A stretch of 64,000 bases of DNA from a virus. The notes below the pieces were generated by a model. It was not told the origin of the DNA. It did no database searches and was given only the letters and a program-made list of their open reading frames with translations. Location of the stretch: IMG/VR virus record IMGVR_UViG_3300045988_085140; one strand, 5' to 3'. Both the position numbers and the translations under genes were made by a program. Positions 42,268 to 52,849 of this stretch are shown here, one piece after another (within the stretch, counting starts at the first letter, position 1; each line of letters opens with the position of its first letter).

Positions 42268-42675
42268 ATGTTTAATAAATATCAAGCAGGTACTGATTTG
42301 GCATTCAGCGTTATTGTAGGTGATGAGCGAATGCGTATTGTTTTTGAGGGTAAGACCATGGGAAGTAGTGTCTATATGACAAGAGACCCGAAGGTACAGA
42401 AGGCTATCGAGTCTCATTATTGGTTCAACGACAAGTTCTTCTTGGTGGAGAGTGTTGACGAGAAGAAGGAAGCTGCGGAAGCCAAGAAGAAGGCTGCTGC
42501 CAAGGCAAAGAAGAAAGTGGCTGACGAGAAGAAGACCCACGTAGTGACAGACGTTGAGGATGCCAAGGACTATCTGGCTGAGACCTATGGTGTGAGCCGT
42601 TCCAAGATGAAGACCAAGGAAGACATCTTGGCGATTGCTAAAGAAAATGGTGTTGAACTAGAAGGTTTAGAGTAA
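42268..42675 (+). CDS. Hypothetical head-associated protein (Lys/Ala-rich centre)
   Basis: 135-aa ORF. Confidence 0.4.
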   Translation: MFNKYQAGTDLAFSVIVGDERMRIVFEGKTMGSSVYMTRDPKVQKAIESHYWFNDKFFLVESVDEKKEAAEAKKKAAAKAKKKVADEKKTHVVTDVEDAKDYLAETYGVSRSKMKTKEDILAIAKENGVELEGLE

Positions 42676-43325
42676 TGGTAGAATATGCTGTATCTGATTT
42701 AGTGAAAGAGGTGAAGGTGCTCTTGGATAGAAACCAAGAGTCTGCTGGCTTGCTGGCTCCTGACGATTCTGATACACTCTCGCAAGCAGAACTTATTGAG
42801 AGTAAAATCGTAGATGCAGCAAGAATCATTCTTTCGGATGCTCCTGAGGTGGAAGGTACTTCGTGTAAGAATGCTGTAACGTGGACGGATAGCAACGGCT
42901 ATTACGTGGGTAAGATGGTTTTGCCTACCGATATGCTGAGAATACTTTCTGTGAAGGCAGAAGGCTGGAACCGTCCTGCTGAAATCATTTCAGAGAGTGA
43001 TGATGCCTACAAGTATCAGAACTGCAAATATGGAGTTAGGGGAAATCCTGAGCGACCGATTGCGGCTATCGTGCATACGGCTAACGGCAAGAGTATCGAA
43101 CTATATACCAGCACAAAGCAGGATGCTACGTTGGCATTCATCTACGTTCAGGTTCCATCTATCACTACCGAACAGAAAATCAGTCTGCCTTCCGTCCTGA
43201 AAGATTCCATCTTATACATGGCTGGCTATCTTACTTGTATCAGCCTTGGCGATACCGATACTGCAAGCGGATTCCTTGGAGTGGCTAGAAAGTTGGCACA
43301 TATTGTTGAACCTACAACATCATAA
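42675..43325 (+). CDS. Hypothetical head-completion/connector candidate
   Basis: 216 aa, called by position only. Confidence 0.35.
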   Translation: MVEYAVSDLVKEVKVLLDRNQESAGLLAPDDSDTLSQAELIESKIVDAARIILSDAPEVEGTSCKNAVTWTDSNGYYVGKMVLPTDMLRILSVKAEGWNRPAEIISESDDAYKYQNCKYGVRGNPERPIAAIVHTANGKSIELYTSTKQDATLAFIYVQVPSITTEQKISLPSVLKDSILYMAGYLTCISLGDTDTASGFLGVARKLAHIVEPTTS

Positions 43326-43328
43326 ATT

Positions 43329-45365
43329 ATGGCAAAGAAGAAAGATGAAACCAAACTGCTATCGTTGAGTAGGGTACTTGACAAGGAAGAACTGGATAGC
43401 GTGAAGGCATCCAAGAACCGATTTGACAAGCCTTACGAGCGTGCCTTCTCTATCTTGCTGGAGGCTCAACGATACTATAACAACATGGATAACTTCCGAA
43501 AGCGAAGACTGAGAAACAAGCGATACTGCTATGGAGACCAGTGGGGCGATACCATTGAGTTCAAAAGCAAGTGTGGCTTTACTAAGCGTATCAGAGAGGA
43601 AGACTATATCCGTGAGCAGGGTAGCGAACCATTGAAGAACAACCTTATCAGAAGATTGGTGAAGAATGTACTGGGTGTATATCGCTCCCAGAGCAAGGAA
43701 CCAACATGCAACGCTAGAGATAAGGATGAAAAGCGATATGGCGAGACCATGAGCGTGGTGCTGCAATGTAACCGACAACTGAACCGAGAGACGGAACTGG
43801 ATGCACGAACCATGGAAGAGTTCCTGATAAGCGGTGCTGCTATCTATAAGAAAAAGTATGGATGGCGAAGAGGTAGGTTGGATTGTTGGACGGACTACGT
43901 GAACCCGAACAATTTCTTCATAGACAACAATATGATGGATTTCCGTGGTTGGGACGTGAGTTGCTTGGGTGAGGTACATGACATTACCATCGGCAACGTA
44001 CTGAGAGAGTTTGCCAAGTCTCCTGCTGAAGCTAGGAAGTTGAAGGAAATATACCGGTTAGCGGCTAACCGAGATTTCGTGATTGCAGACTGCACTCAGC
44101 GATTCGGTGAGTTCGACCCTAAGACTATCGACTTTATGAATCCTGCCAACCCTTCGCTCTGCCGAGTGATTGAGGTTTGGCGCAAGGAGAGTAAGCCAAG
44201 GTACCGATGCCACGACTACAACAATGGCGATGATTTCAAGATTGATATTGAGGATAAGGCTGATATTGTAGATGCAGAGAACAGAGACAGAATCAGACGA
44301 GGTATGGCTGCTGGCATGCTGGAAGAGGATATTCCTCTGATTGATGCCGAGTGGTTTATGGATGATTACTGGCATTTCTACTATCTTTCTCCTTTCGGTG
44401 ATATTCTGAGAGAAGGCGAGACCCCTTATGCTCATGGTGAGCATCCGTACTGCTTTAAGTTCTATCCGTTCATTGATGGTGAGATACACAGCTTCGTGGA
44501 AGATGTGATAGACCAGCAGAGATACGTGAACCGACTTATCACGATGTATGACTTCATCATGAGGGCGAGTGCCAAGGGTGTGCTGCTCTGTCCTGAGGAT
44601 TGTCTTCCTGATGATATGAGTTGGGATGATTTCTGCGATGAGTGGAGTAGATTCAATGGTGTGGTGAGATACAAGCCAAACAAGAGCGGTCAGGTTCCTC
44701 AGCAAGTGGTGAATAACTCTACGAACATCGGTATCGGTGATTTGCTCAGCTATCAGTTGAAGTTCTTTGAGGATATATCGGGAGTGAACGGAGCATTGCA
44801 AGGTAAACCAGGAGTATCAGGTACGAGCGGTTCGCTCTATGCACAGCAGACACAGAATGCTACCATGTCGCTGCTTGATATATTGGAGACATTCAGCCAG
44901 TTCATCATTGATGGTGCTTACAAGACCGTGAAGAATATGCAGCAGTACTATGACGTGGCTCGTAACTTCAATATCGTGGGTAGGGCAGGACAGATTGTAC
45001 ACTACGACCCTAAGAAGATACGAGACGTTGAGTTTGACATCAACATCACGGAAAGTACGGCTACTCCTGTATACAGACAGATGGCAAATGAGTTCCTTAT
45101 GACCTTATGGCAGAATCAGGCTATCACGCTGGAGCAGTTGTTGCAAGTAGGAGATTTCCCATTTGGAGAGGAGTTGTTGCAATCGGTTGCATCCAACCAG
45201 CAAGCCATTCAGAATGGTGAGACTCCACAAGGATTCTCTCCTCAGCTTCAAGCCCAAGTTGCTCAGGCATCACAGAGCAATCCGAAGGCTCAGGCGATGT
45301 TGCAGCAGATGATGAGCGGTCAGGGAGTGAGTCCTGACGGACAGAACCCACCGCTTGCTGCTTAG
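43329..45365 (+). CDS. Portal protein candidate
   Basis: 678 aa. N-terminal RYCYGDQWGD (portal-type Y.G.QW motif). Q-rich C-tail. Confidence 0.6.
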   Translation: MAKKKDETKLLSLSRVLDKEELDSVKASKNRFDKPYERAFSILLEAQRYYNNMDNFRKRRLRNKRYCYGDQWGDTIEFKSKCGFTKRIREEDYIREQGSEPLKNNLIRRLVKNVLGVYRSQSKEPTCNARDKDEKRYGETMSVVLQCNRQLNRETELDARTMEEFLISGAAIYKKKYGWRRGRLDCWTDYVNPNNFFIDNNMMDFRGWDVSCLGEVHDITIGNVLREFAKSPAEARKLKEIYRLAANRDFVIADCTQRFGEFDPKTIDFMNPANPSLCRVIEVWRKESKPRYRCHDYNNGDDFKIDIEDKADIVDAENRDRIRRGMAAGMLEEDIPLIDAEWFMDDYWHFYYLSPFGDILREGETPYAHGEHPYCFKFYPFIDGEIHSFVEDVIDQQRYVNRLITMYDFIMRASAKGVLLCPEDCLPDDMSWDDFCDEWSRFNGVVRYKPNKSGQVPQQVVNNSTNIGIGDLLSYQLKFFEDISGVNGALQGKPGVSGTSGSLYAQQTQNATMSLLDILETFSQFIIDGAYKTVKNMQQYYDVARNFNIVGRAGQIVHYDPKKIRDVEFDINITESTATPVYRQMANEFLMTLWQNQAITLEQLLQVGDFPFGEELLQSVASNQQAIQNGETPQGFSPQLQAQVAQASQSNPKAQAMLQQMMSGQGVSPDGQNPPLAA

Positions 45366-45395
45366 TTTATAACTTATAGTTAATAGTTTATAGTT

Positions 45396-45617
45396 ATGAT
45401 TGCAGACAAACCAAGTGACAAGGAATGGTATGGCAATGGGAAACCTGATGCCAGCCAAGGTGGCAACCCGAATGGTGGTGTTGCTTCAGAGACCCAAGGT
45501 AGGGAGAATAAGCCAGAACTTTACGAGAATGACGTTATCGGAAAGGTGGCGAAACGCAAGAAAAGCGACATCTGGACGAGGGGTGGAGAGAAGAGAACCA
45601 GATTTAAGGACGAATAA
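45396..45617 (+). CDS. 73-aa protein sharing the scaffold C-terminal peptide
   Basis: DIWTRGGEKRTRFK versus scaffold NIWERGNEKRTRIR. The DNA is also similar. Confidence 0.5.
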   Translation: MIADKPSDKEWYGNGKPDASQGGNPNGGVASETQGRENKPELYENDVIGKVAKRKKSDIWTRGGEKRTRFKDE

Positions 45618-45679
45618 AGAAAGGAGGTGTTTTTATCGTAACTGTATTTGTCTGATATTCAGATAGCTACAGAAATATC

Positions 45680-45720
45680 TACGAGTTTATGGTGCTGCGT
45701 TTAAGATATTCGTATCTTTG
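45680..45720 (+). promoter_or_regulatory. Class-2 phage promoter: TACGAGTTTAT-N22-TATCTTTG
   Basis: Second copy of the 29075-29115 element. 30 nt from the box to the ATG at 45751. Confidence 0.55.
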
Positions 45721-45750
45721 CAACATCATAAACTTTTAATTTGTATAGGT

Positions 45751-46236
45751 ATGAATTTCGTAGATTTCGTAGAAAAGTATCAGCAGGAAATGGCTCCTGA
45801 ACAGATGTTGGCTATAGCTAAGGCAGTCGGCAAGTATCTCTCATGCAAGTTGAGCGATGTGGAGGAGCATCATCTTTGTGCGATGGTGTATGGTGTGTTG
45901 AGCGAAGAGCATTTTGATAAGCACTTTGCCGATGATGCTATCAGCAAGATGTGGTATGAGGATGCTGACGGAACCAAGCACATGGCTCCCTTCTTCTCGG
46001 ACGATGAGATAAGAGAAGCCTTTGACAAGCATCAGGATGATATTTCTGACTATACCATCTATGACTTGGCGGTAACTATGAATCTGCTGAGGAGTGACCA
46101 TCATCTTCTGCTGGAGCGATATAGCAATGATGCAGAGGAGTTGAAGGAAATGGTGGTTTTGATGGCTATCGAGTATCTGCAAGACCCTGACTGCTTGCAT
46201 CCTACCAGCAAAATATGGCACACAATAAACGGATAA
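45751..46236 (+). CDS. Hypothetical protein
   Basis: 161 aa from MNFVDF. The start follows from the promoter position. Confidence 0.45.
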   Translation: MNFVDFVEKYQQEMAPEQMLAIAKAVGKYLSCKLSDVEEHHLCAMVYGVLSEEHFDKHFADDAISKMWYEDADGTKHMAPFFSDDEIREAFDKHQDDISDYTIYDLAVTMNLLRSDHHLLLERYSNDAEELKEMVVLMAIEYLQDPDCLHPTSKIWHTING

Positions 46237-46268
46237 AGTAACTAATTGGGAATCATTTCTTATCTTTG
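46225..46268 (+). promoter_or_regulatory. Late-type promoter P5: ATAAACGGATAAAG-N22-TATCTTTG
   Basis: Overlaps the stop of the previous gene. 30 nt from the box to the holin ATG. Confidence 0.6.
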
Positions 46269-46298
46269 CATATTATTAATAATATATAAATATAAGAT

Positions 46299-46562
46299 AT
46301 GACTCCAAATGTACGTGAAGGATTGCAATATGGTGCAGCTATAGGAATGCTAGTGAGTGGTGTTGTACTCACCTTCCTATCATTCTTTCTCGACAATTAT
46401 GTGGTGTCTGATGGTGTGCTGTGGTATGTCAGTCAGACATTGGTTTACTCTGGAGCAATATTCGGGGTAAACGTTTATTTCAAGACAAAACTAGGCAACT
46501 TTGAGAGCAAGGTGAAGGATGAACTCGCAAGTATGCTGAAACAAGTGAAGGAGGGCAAGTAA
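46299..46562 (+). CDS. Holin candidate (two TM helices)
   Basis: 87 aa. AAIGMLVSGVVLTFLSFFL and LVYSGAIFGVNVYF. Immediately upstream of the endolysin. Confidence 0.6.
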   Translation: MTPNVREGLQYGAAIGMLVSGVVLTFLSFFLDNYVVSDGVLWYVSQTLVYSGAIFGVNVYFKTKLGNFESKVKDELASMLKQVKEGK

Positions 46563-46563
46563 T

Positions 46564-47112
46564 ATGAAGGTAACAAGAGAACAGATTTTGGCTATTATGC
46601 CGAATGCCAAGGATAAGATGGATGCGTTTCTTCCTTATATCAATGGCTATGCTGAGGTGTTCCATATTGATACTCCTAAGCGAATGGCTCATTTCTTGGC
46701 TCAAATTGCACATGAAAGTGGTGAACTGAGATACACCAAGGAACTCGGCAACAAGGACTACTTCCATAGGTATGATGTGGGCAAGTTGAAGAACATGCTC
46801 GGCAACCTTAAAGATGGTGATGGCTACAAGTATCGGGGTAGGGGATTGATTCAGATTACTGGCAGAGCCAACTATCAGGCTTATCAGAACAGCAAGTATT
46901 GCACTGGTGACATCATGGAGAATCCTCAGTTGCTGGAGCTTCCGCTAGGAGCAACGAAGAGTGCTATGTGGTGGTGGTGGAAACATGACCTGAACAAACT
47001 GGCTGATAGTGATAGTTTCGTGGCTATTACCAAGACAATCAATGGTGGAACCAACGGCTTGAAATCAAGACGAAAGTTTCTTACAAGAGCAAAGAAGGTC
47101 TTTAATGTTTAG
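46564..47112 (+). CDS. GH19-family endolysin
   Basis: MAHFLAQIAHESGELRYTKE...YRGRGLIQITGRANY are GH19 signature blocks. Confidence 0.85.
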   Translation: MKVTREQILAIMPNAKDKMDAFLPYINGYAEVFHIDTPKRMAHFLAQIAHESGELRYTKELGNKDYFHRYDVGKLKNMLGNLKDGDGYKYRGRGLIQITGRANYQAYQNSKYCTGDIMENPQLLELPLGATKSAMWWWWKHDLNKLADSDSFVAITKTINGGTNGLKSRRKFLTRAKKVFNV

Positions 47113-47115
47113 CCT

Positions 47116-47583
47116 ATGAAAGTAAAATGGTACGATACTGATTTTTGGCAAGTAGCACTCTACGTGATTGGTATCTTGCTGGTGGCTTTTCTTCTGTCGG
47201 GATGCAAGACAAAATACGTCCCGATGGAAAAAGTTATATGTCGGGACGTAGTAAAACACGATACGCTGCATACTTCTGACAGCGTTTTTGTGCGTGATTC
47301 CATCTTTCTCAGACAGAAGGGAGATACTTGCTTTCTTGACCGATGGCATGAGAAGAGCATTTATAAAAATGTGTATAAGGTGAAGGTGGATTCCTTCCTG
47401 AAAAGAGATTCCATCCCAGTTCCCTACCCAGTTGAAAAACAACTCTCCAAGTGGGAGCAGTTTCAGTTGAAATATGCAGTATGGTCATTTTTGGCACTCT
47501 GCATGCTGTTAATCGTATTAGGCTATAAACTCTATAAAAAGATAAAGAATGGCAAATTTCACATTGACAATCACGAAAAGTGA
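47116..47583 (+). CDS. Unimolecular spanin candidate (N-terminal lipoprotein plus C-terminal TM)
   Basis: Lipobox LLSGC and C-terminal AVWSFLALCMLLIVLGYKLY. Confidence 0.55.
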   Translation: MKVKWYDTDFWQVALYVIGILLVAFLLSGCKTKYVPMEKVICRDVVKHDTLHTSDSVFVRDSIFLRQKGDTCFLDRWHEKSIYKNVYKVKVDSFLKRDSIPVPYPVEKQLSKWEQFQLKYAVWSFLALCMLLIVLGYKLYKKIKNGKFHIDNHEK

Positions 47584-47998
47584 CATCTATGAGGAGGTGG
47601 CAAAGACTACTGCCTACATAGGAGGAAAGAACTTGGATAAAAACGGAAAAAGTCTGTATGACCAAGTGTTTGTGACGGAAGCTGATAGAGAAATGCTGGA
47701 AGGCTTTTGGGAAGATTCCATTGATGATGTTTCCGTAGCCTTGGAGAGTATTCTTGTATGGAAGAAGTGTGACTCAGGCAGCAACGAGGTCTTTGGTCTG
47801 AGAGTAAGCAGCCTTTTTAATGAGAGTTTATTTAAGACCTTAGAATCAACGGTTTTTAGTTATGTAGTCAACAAAATAGTAGCAGAATGGTGCTCAGTAG
47901 TCTATAAAGATAAGGTGGAAGATTATCTCTCCAAGGCAAACGTTTTGCTGCTAAAGATTGACGCAATCATTTATACACGTAAAAGACCAACAAGATAG
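47549..47998 (+). CDS. Hypothetical protein
   Basis: 149-aa ORF. Confidence 0.4.
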   Translation: MANFTLTITKSDIYEEVAKTTAYIGGKNLDKNGKSLYDQVFVTEADREMLEGFWEDSIDDVSVALESILVWKKCDSGSNEVFGLRVSSLFNESLFKTLESTVFSYVVNKIVAEWCSVVYKDKVEDYLSKANVLLLKIDAIIYTRKRPTR

Positions 47999-48009
47999 GA
48001 GGATAGGAT

Positions 48010-48558
48010 ATGAGGTATTGTAATAAAGGATATAAAGTGATGATAGAGTTGGAAAAGAATGAGTTGGTATATGACATCAAGAATACTGCTTTTTCTTTTG
48101 CTGATTCTTATTCCAAGCAGAAAGGTATAGATGCAAAACAATTAAAGAATGTGTTTGACGTATCAGAGGAAGGAAACCGAGATAAGTTAGCAAGGATTCT
48201 AGACTCAGCAGTAGAGGATTGCAGAGAAATGCTTTTCCGTTTCACCAAGGTGGAAATGCTCGGTGGCGGCTTTGATTCCAACGAGTGGGAAGAGTGTATA
48301 GGTTCGCCTACCAACGAGGAGGATGCCTACTACTTGGCGATGAGGATGCCGCAAGGTTTTTCTAAGACAAGTGTACATACCATGACCGTCTACTTGCATG
48401 ACTATATCGTGAACCAATGCCTTTATGAATGGTTAATGATTGTGTTTCCTGATGGTGCTGATAGATTCTGGGCACTGGCTGAGGATAAGAAACAGAAGAT
48501 TAAGGATGCAAGCAACCGCTCGGCTGTTAGAGCAAGAATCGCTTTGCATCCATTTTAA
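48010..48558 (+). CDS. Hypothetical protein
   Basis: 182-aa ORF. The start may be 48040 (MIELEK). Confidence 0.4.
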   Translation: MRYCNKGYKVMIELEKNELVYDIKNTAFSFADSYSKQKGIDAKQLKNVFDVSEEGNRDKLARILDSAVEDCREMLFRFTKVEMLGGGFDSNEWEECIGSPTNEEDAYYLAMRMPQGFSKTSVHTMTVYLHDYIVNQCLYEWLMIVFPDGADRFWALAEDKKQKIKDASNRSAVRARIALHPF

Positions 48559-48588
48559 ATGATTAGTCGTTTAAGGCTAAGATAAAGC

Positions 48589-48630
48589 AAGGGAAGCTAT
48601 CCATCACGGACTGCTTCCCTTTATTTTTTA
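48589..48630. terminator. Terminator between convergent operons
   Basis: AAGGGAAGC-N15-GCTTCCCTT followed by TATTTTTT. Confidence 0.6.
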
Positions 48631-48656
48631 TATAGCAAAAAAATATTTATCTAAGT

Positions 48657-49499
48657 TTATGTTCCACTAGACGTGGACTCCTGCTTGGTAGTTACCGAAC
48701 CAGTAACAGCAGCATTAATATTGATACTCTCAGGCAAGGTCTTGACATTTACGTCTGTAGCAGCCAGCTTCAATCCGTTCTTCTGCTGGTCGGCATACTG
48801 ATTCTTATCCTGAGCGATAAAGTTGTTGATAGCTGTAGCTATGTTGTAGAGCAGTTTATCGGTGTCGCTGCTGAGAGAATCAGAATCAACTGATGCGTAC
48901 TTGTTGTTCTCAACGGTTGCCGATGTTGTCTCCTTCTCACGATAAAGAACAGCCTGATTGATGAACTCCTGAGCAAACAAGAATGACTTGCTTACAAGTT
49001 GCTTAATCTTGGTGTTGTCTATATTGAGCGGATTTTCATACTTCTGTAGCATAGCCTGCAAGCAACTTGCGGCTACTTCTTCTCTAGGCTGTAGGGTAGC
49101 GATTGAGAAGATTTCCTCTTCTTTGCCGCTTTCCTCTGTTCCACCTGTCTCTGATGCGGTAGATATTCCGTATTTAGGGAATGGGCGAGCATTTGATGTT
49201 CCATCAGATGAGGTTTCTCTGACGAGTTTAGTGCCAGTTGTTTTTGTGATGTTGGAGTCTACAATATAGGCAACACCTACTTTAGTTTTATTCAGATTAT
49301 AGAGATTTCCGTCTGAGTCGAAATAGAACAACTGGTATAAGTTGTTGTTGAATATCACATATCCCATGTACATATTTGTACCTAAAGGATAAATGTTGAT
49401 ACATGTGGATAGAACTATCTTGTCATCTATTTTCGTTCCCAAGGATGCACCTTGCTCAACCTTGTATTTATCGAAGTCGGTTAATGTATATTCTGCCAT
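48657..49499 (-). CDS. Putative tail/structural protein
   Basis: 280 aa. Last gene of the P6 operon. Confidence 0.4.
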   Translation of the reverse strand: MAEYTLTDFDKYKVEQGASLGTKIDDKIVLSTCINIYPLGTNMYMGYVIFNNNLYQLFYFDSDGNLYNLNKTKVGVAYIVDSNITKTTGTKLVRETSSDGTSNARPFPKYGISTASETGGTEESGKEEEIFSIATLQPREEVAASCLQAMLQKYENPLNIDNTKIKQLVSKSFLFAQEFINQAVLYREKETTSATVENNKYASVDSDSLSSDTDKLLYNIATAINNFIAQDKNQYADQQKNGLKLAATDVNVKTLPESININAAVTGSVTTKQESTSSGT

Positions 49500-49501
49500 A
49501 A

Positions 49502-52423
49502 TTATCTGAGTTTATTTTGTAATCTTGTTTGGAATTCTGTAGATAGTGCGCTGATAGATTCTTTTGGGGCAAGATTGCCCATAAGCGCAAGCCTGAAATA
49601 TTTGTATGGCGAACCGACAAGGTTTCTGAGATACATATTTACAGAAGAACCAACGTAATACCAATTAGCTAAATCATTACTTCCAAACAGAACCGTTTCA
49701 CACTTTCCTGCCTGAATGCTGCTGAAATATCCTCTTGTAATGCAATCGAACATGGTCTTATAGGCATCCTGACCAAGCGTTAAAGGACGGCTAGATAGGA
49801 AGAATGGAACATTCTCTGTTGGCTCCTTCACATACACATCGAGTATGTTTCCTGCTTTGTCTGTAGCGTATGACTCTGGATATATGTTTACTCGCTTGTT
49901 GAAGACATTGTGCATGGTTCCCCACATCTTGCTTTTCAAAGAGTAAACGTAAGCATAAGTATAGTTTGGGTTGAACACTATGATACGGCTATCGTAATAG
50001 TCGTAAATCATATCAGCTTCTTCGAGATACTTACGGAAACGGACATACTTCACATCTGACTCAGGAATATTACCTAGTGCAAGGAGTTTATTCGGATAGG
50101 TCTTATCCTTTGTTGAATGTGAATAAATGGATAGAAAATCGAAAGGATAATCATCCAGTACATCGGTAAGACAAACAGACTCTCTTCCTTGCTGCATCAT
50201 GATTCCTCGCTCTGTCGGGAACAGAACTGCATCATCAATCTGCAAAATGCCTTTAGGGTTGGAGCAAATTTCACGTAAAGCTGGTTGTCGTGACTGATAT
50301 GTTCCTGTATCAGTCAACATGACTACCCATACACCTTCATCGGTGAATGCGTATATTGGAGCATCACCAAATTGACCTTCGCTGATTGGTCGGGTGTTGG
50401 CGGCTAGTGCGCTGATGATAGAAGAACCTACCTGAACAGAATTTGCTGCTGGGAATACCAAAGGATTCTCGGCTTCGCTAACCTTTATGACGTTTGGATG
50501 CTGTGTGATATATTTTTGGCTCACGACATTACTTAAAGCAGCATCGTATTCTTCCTTGGTTATCTCTGTGAAGTCACCTGTATCTATTGGTGTGTTGTCC
50601 CAATAATATGAAGATGAAATGACCGTTCCACCTTGATTTCCAAAACTACCACCTCCATTACTTCCTGCTCTCGTTGTTCCACCTGATGAATCCTTTTTAA
50701 GGAGTTTATGGCGGTATATTTGCATGAAAGCAGGAAGACCAGCATCATCGTGATATAGGTACATGTAATCAGACAACTCAGCTTTTTCTTCTTCTGTAGG
50801 CGCATCAACTCTTCCTCCAAAACCTTGATTATCCAAAGAACCAGAAGATTGTCTATCAACTGCGATAGGAGTGGTACGATTCTTACTGATATTGATATAG
50901 TAAGACATACCGAATGTATCGGAAGGCTTTAAACTTACCCTCTTGGAATAATACTTGTCATACTTCGGTAAGTGAAAATAGATAGTCATTGCCGTAGCAA
51001 GCGTGTTGGGATATGCCAAGATAGGGCAGATAGGATATTGCAGTTTCCCCTTGTGGTATATATCTCGTTTGATGCTATTTTCGCTGATGCTTACCTTGAA
51101 GACTGCATCGCAAATATAATCGGTGGTAGCGGTGCTACTAGTTGCAACATCTACATACTCATTTAGGCATAGCTGTGCATTTGAAATTTTTCTCTTGGAG
51201 AAAATATCTGTATCGAAAGCATTATAGATGGTCTTCTTTACGTTTCCTATATGCAATCGGTTGTTGTATGTTATAGAGCACTTGCCTCCAAAAGTGTCTC
51301 GCTTGAAGTCTGCCAAAGAAATACTTTCTCCTGTCTGTAAAACTCGTTTGAGTTGTATATCTGTGCCTAGCTTTTCCTTGCTGATACTGGCACTTAGATA
51401 GAAGGATTTGTTTTCAAACGACTGATAAATATCTTCCTCTGACAAATATTGGAAGGCATCACAATTCACACCTGATGCCATTTTGTTATTCCAAAGAAAA
51501 CAATTATTTCGTGAAATACCTCTAGTTCTTTTTTCTGTATCAATAAAAGATTCAGGCTGGGACAGATAAACATCTACACCAAGAATAAGGTCTTCCAAGC
51601 CTTCGGGTATATCCATGCTGACATTTATGGTGTGGGTGTGAAGACTTGTGCTTGTGCCTACAGATTTCTTTTCCTGATACCAGATAAACTTATTGAATGA
51701 TGTTTCAGGCGCAAGGATGAATGGATTTGATATATTTATGTGTGAGGTTCCATCATATAACTTGATAGCCAATACTCCAAAAACTGTATATTTGAAGTAC
51801 TCCTTGCCTTTTTCGTTTAGTCGTTTGTTGATAAGTGAATCAAATGCGTTGAATATGATAGATGCGCCTTTGAGAGAAGTATCTACGTTATTATTAAAGT
51901 GTCTGTTCGTCTCAAAAGCATTATCCCAATCATCGCCAAGGTTGATTGATACATCACATTTATCAGACTTAACATTGGTGATTGTTGCACTATATCTAAG
52001 TGAAGAAAGGTCGAAACTTGTGTAGTTGCTACCTTTCCAATATGCGTACATTGTTTTCTCGTCACCTATGAAACATAAGATATTGCCAACTGCTGTGACG
52101 GCATTGACGTGGAATCCGTTGAGGTTGATGGTGTTCTTGGTTCCGTCTCCACTTTTCTCTAGCCAGTACCAAGTATCATCTGATTTACGGATGATGTAGT
52201 GAGAGTGAATCGTTTCATCGTGTGTTACCTTATGAACCAGTTCTATTGTGTCTCCTGAATCCAGCGTGATGTTCTGCTCTACTACTACTGGCTGGTGAAT
52301 AGGGTGGAGTGCCCCATCCTCGTTGATGAGGTTGAGGCAGGTTGCCAACTCCCCATCCTGACAATCGTAGTCGGATGGAGAGTGGGTAAGCCCTTTGAGT
52401 ATTACTTCTTGTCTTGTTGCCAT
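49502..52423 (-). CDS. Large tail/baseplate structural protein
   Basis: 973-aa ORF in the late operon. No catalytic motif seen. Confidence 0.45.
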   Translation of the reverse strand: MATRQEVILKGLTHSPSDYDCQDGELATCLNLINEDGALHPIHQPVVVEQNITLDSGDTIELVHKVTHDETIHSHYIIRKSDDTWYWLEKSGDGTKNTINLNGFHVNAVTAVGNILCFIGDEKTMYAYWKGSNYTSFDLSSLRYSATITNVKSDKCDVSINLGDDWDNAFETNRHFNNNVDTSLKGASIIFNAFDSLINKRLNEKGKEYFKYTVFGVLAIKLYDGTSHINISNPFILAPETSFNKFIWYQEKKSVGTSTSLHTHTINVSMDIPEGLEDLILGVDVYLSQPESFIDTEKRTRGISRNNCFLWNNKMASGVNCDAFQYLSEEDIYQSFENKSFYLSASISKEKLGTDIQLKRVLQTGESISLADFKRDTFGGKCSITYNNRLHIGNVKKTIYNAFDTDIFSKRKISNAQLCLNEYVDVATSSTATTDYICDAVFKVSISENSIKRDIYHKGKLQYPICPILAYPNTLATAMTIYFHLPKYDKYYSKRVSLKPSDTFGMSYYINISKNRTTPIAVDRQSSGSLDNQGFGGRVDAPTEEEKAELSDYMYLYHDDAGLPAFMQIYRHKLLKKDSSGGTTRAGSNGGGSFGNQGGTVISSSYYWDNTPIDTGDFTEITKEEYDAALSNVVSQKYITQHPNVIKVSEAENPLVFPAANSVQVGSSIISALAANTRPISEGQFGDAPIYAFTDEGVWVVMLTDTGTYQSRQPALREICSNPKGILQIDDAVLFPTERGIMMQQGRESVCLTDVLDDYPFDFLSIYSHSTKDKTYPNKLLALGNIPESDVKYVRFRKYLEEADMIYDYYDSRIIVFNPNYTYAYVYSLKSKMWGTMHNVFNKRVNIYPESYATDKAGNILDVYVKEPTENVPFFLSSRPLTLGQDAYKTMFDCITRGYFSSIQAGKCETVLFGSNDLANWYYVGSSVNMYLRNLVGSPYKYFRLALMGNLAPKESISALSTEFQTRLQNKLR

Positions 52424-52845
52424 GTGCTCGAATTTAAGTTTGGTCGCATGATTTCATAAAAAGGTTCGCCTTTGGCTGACTTGCGTGGGATGCAAGTCAG
52501 GCGAACCATTCTGTTGAGAGGAAGGTTGTACTCATCAAGGATGGCGGTGATGGAAGGGTAGTCACTTCTGAAACCTACCTTCTTATGCTCCTGATTGAAC
52601 TGAAGCTGAGCGAAGGCGGTGTTGGCTTTGCGAAGTTCTTCCCAGTCCTCACGCATGCAGAATCCGTATGTACCTCTTTCAGATAACCTGAACACGAAGA
52701 TGGAATTGTCTGTTCGCTCCTTCTGCATGATGTGGTCGTAGATGCCCTTGGAGAGCGTGACCGAATTGGCTCTTCCGTCCAGTACCACAAAATCGTTGCG
52801 GTGTCTGAAACCATTGACTTTATCTATTAAATACTTGAATTTCAT
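52402..52845 (-). CDS. Hypothetical structural-operon protein
   Basis: 147 aa. The ATG lies only 4 nt after the P6 -7 box, so the mRNA is probably leaderless. Confidence 0.45.
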   Translation of the reverse strand: MKFKYLIDKVNGFRHRNDFVVLDGRANSVTLSKGIYDHIMQKERTDNSIFVFRLSERGTYGFCMREDWEELRKANTAFAQLQFNQEHKKVGFRSDYPSITAILDEYNLPLNRMVRLTCIPRKSAKGEPFYEIMRPNLNSSTWQQDKK

Positions 52846-52849
52846 GTTG

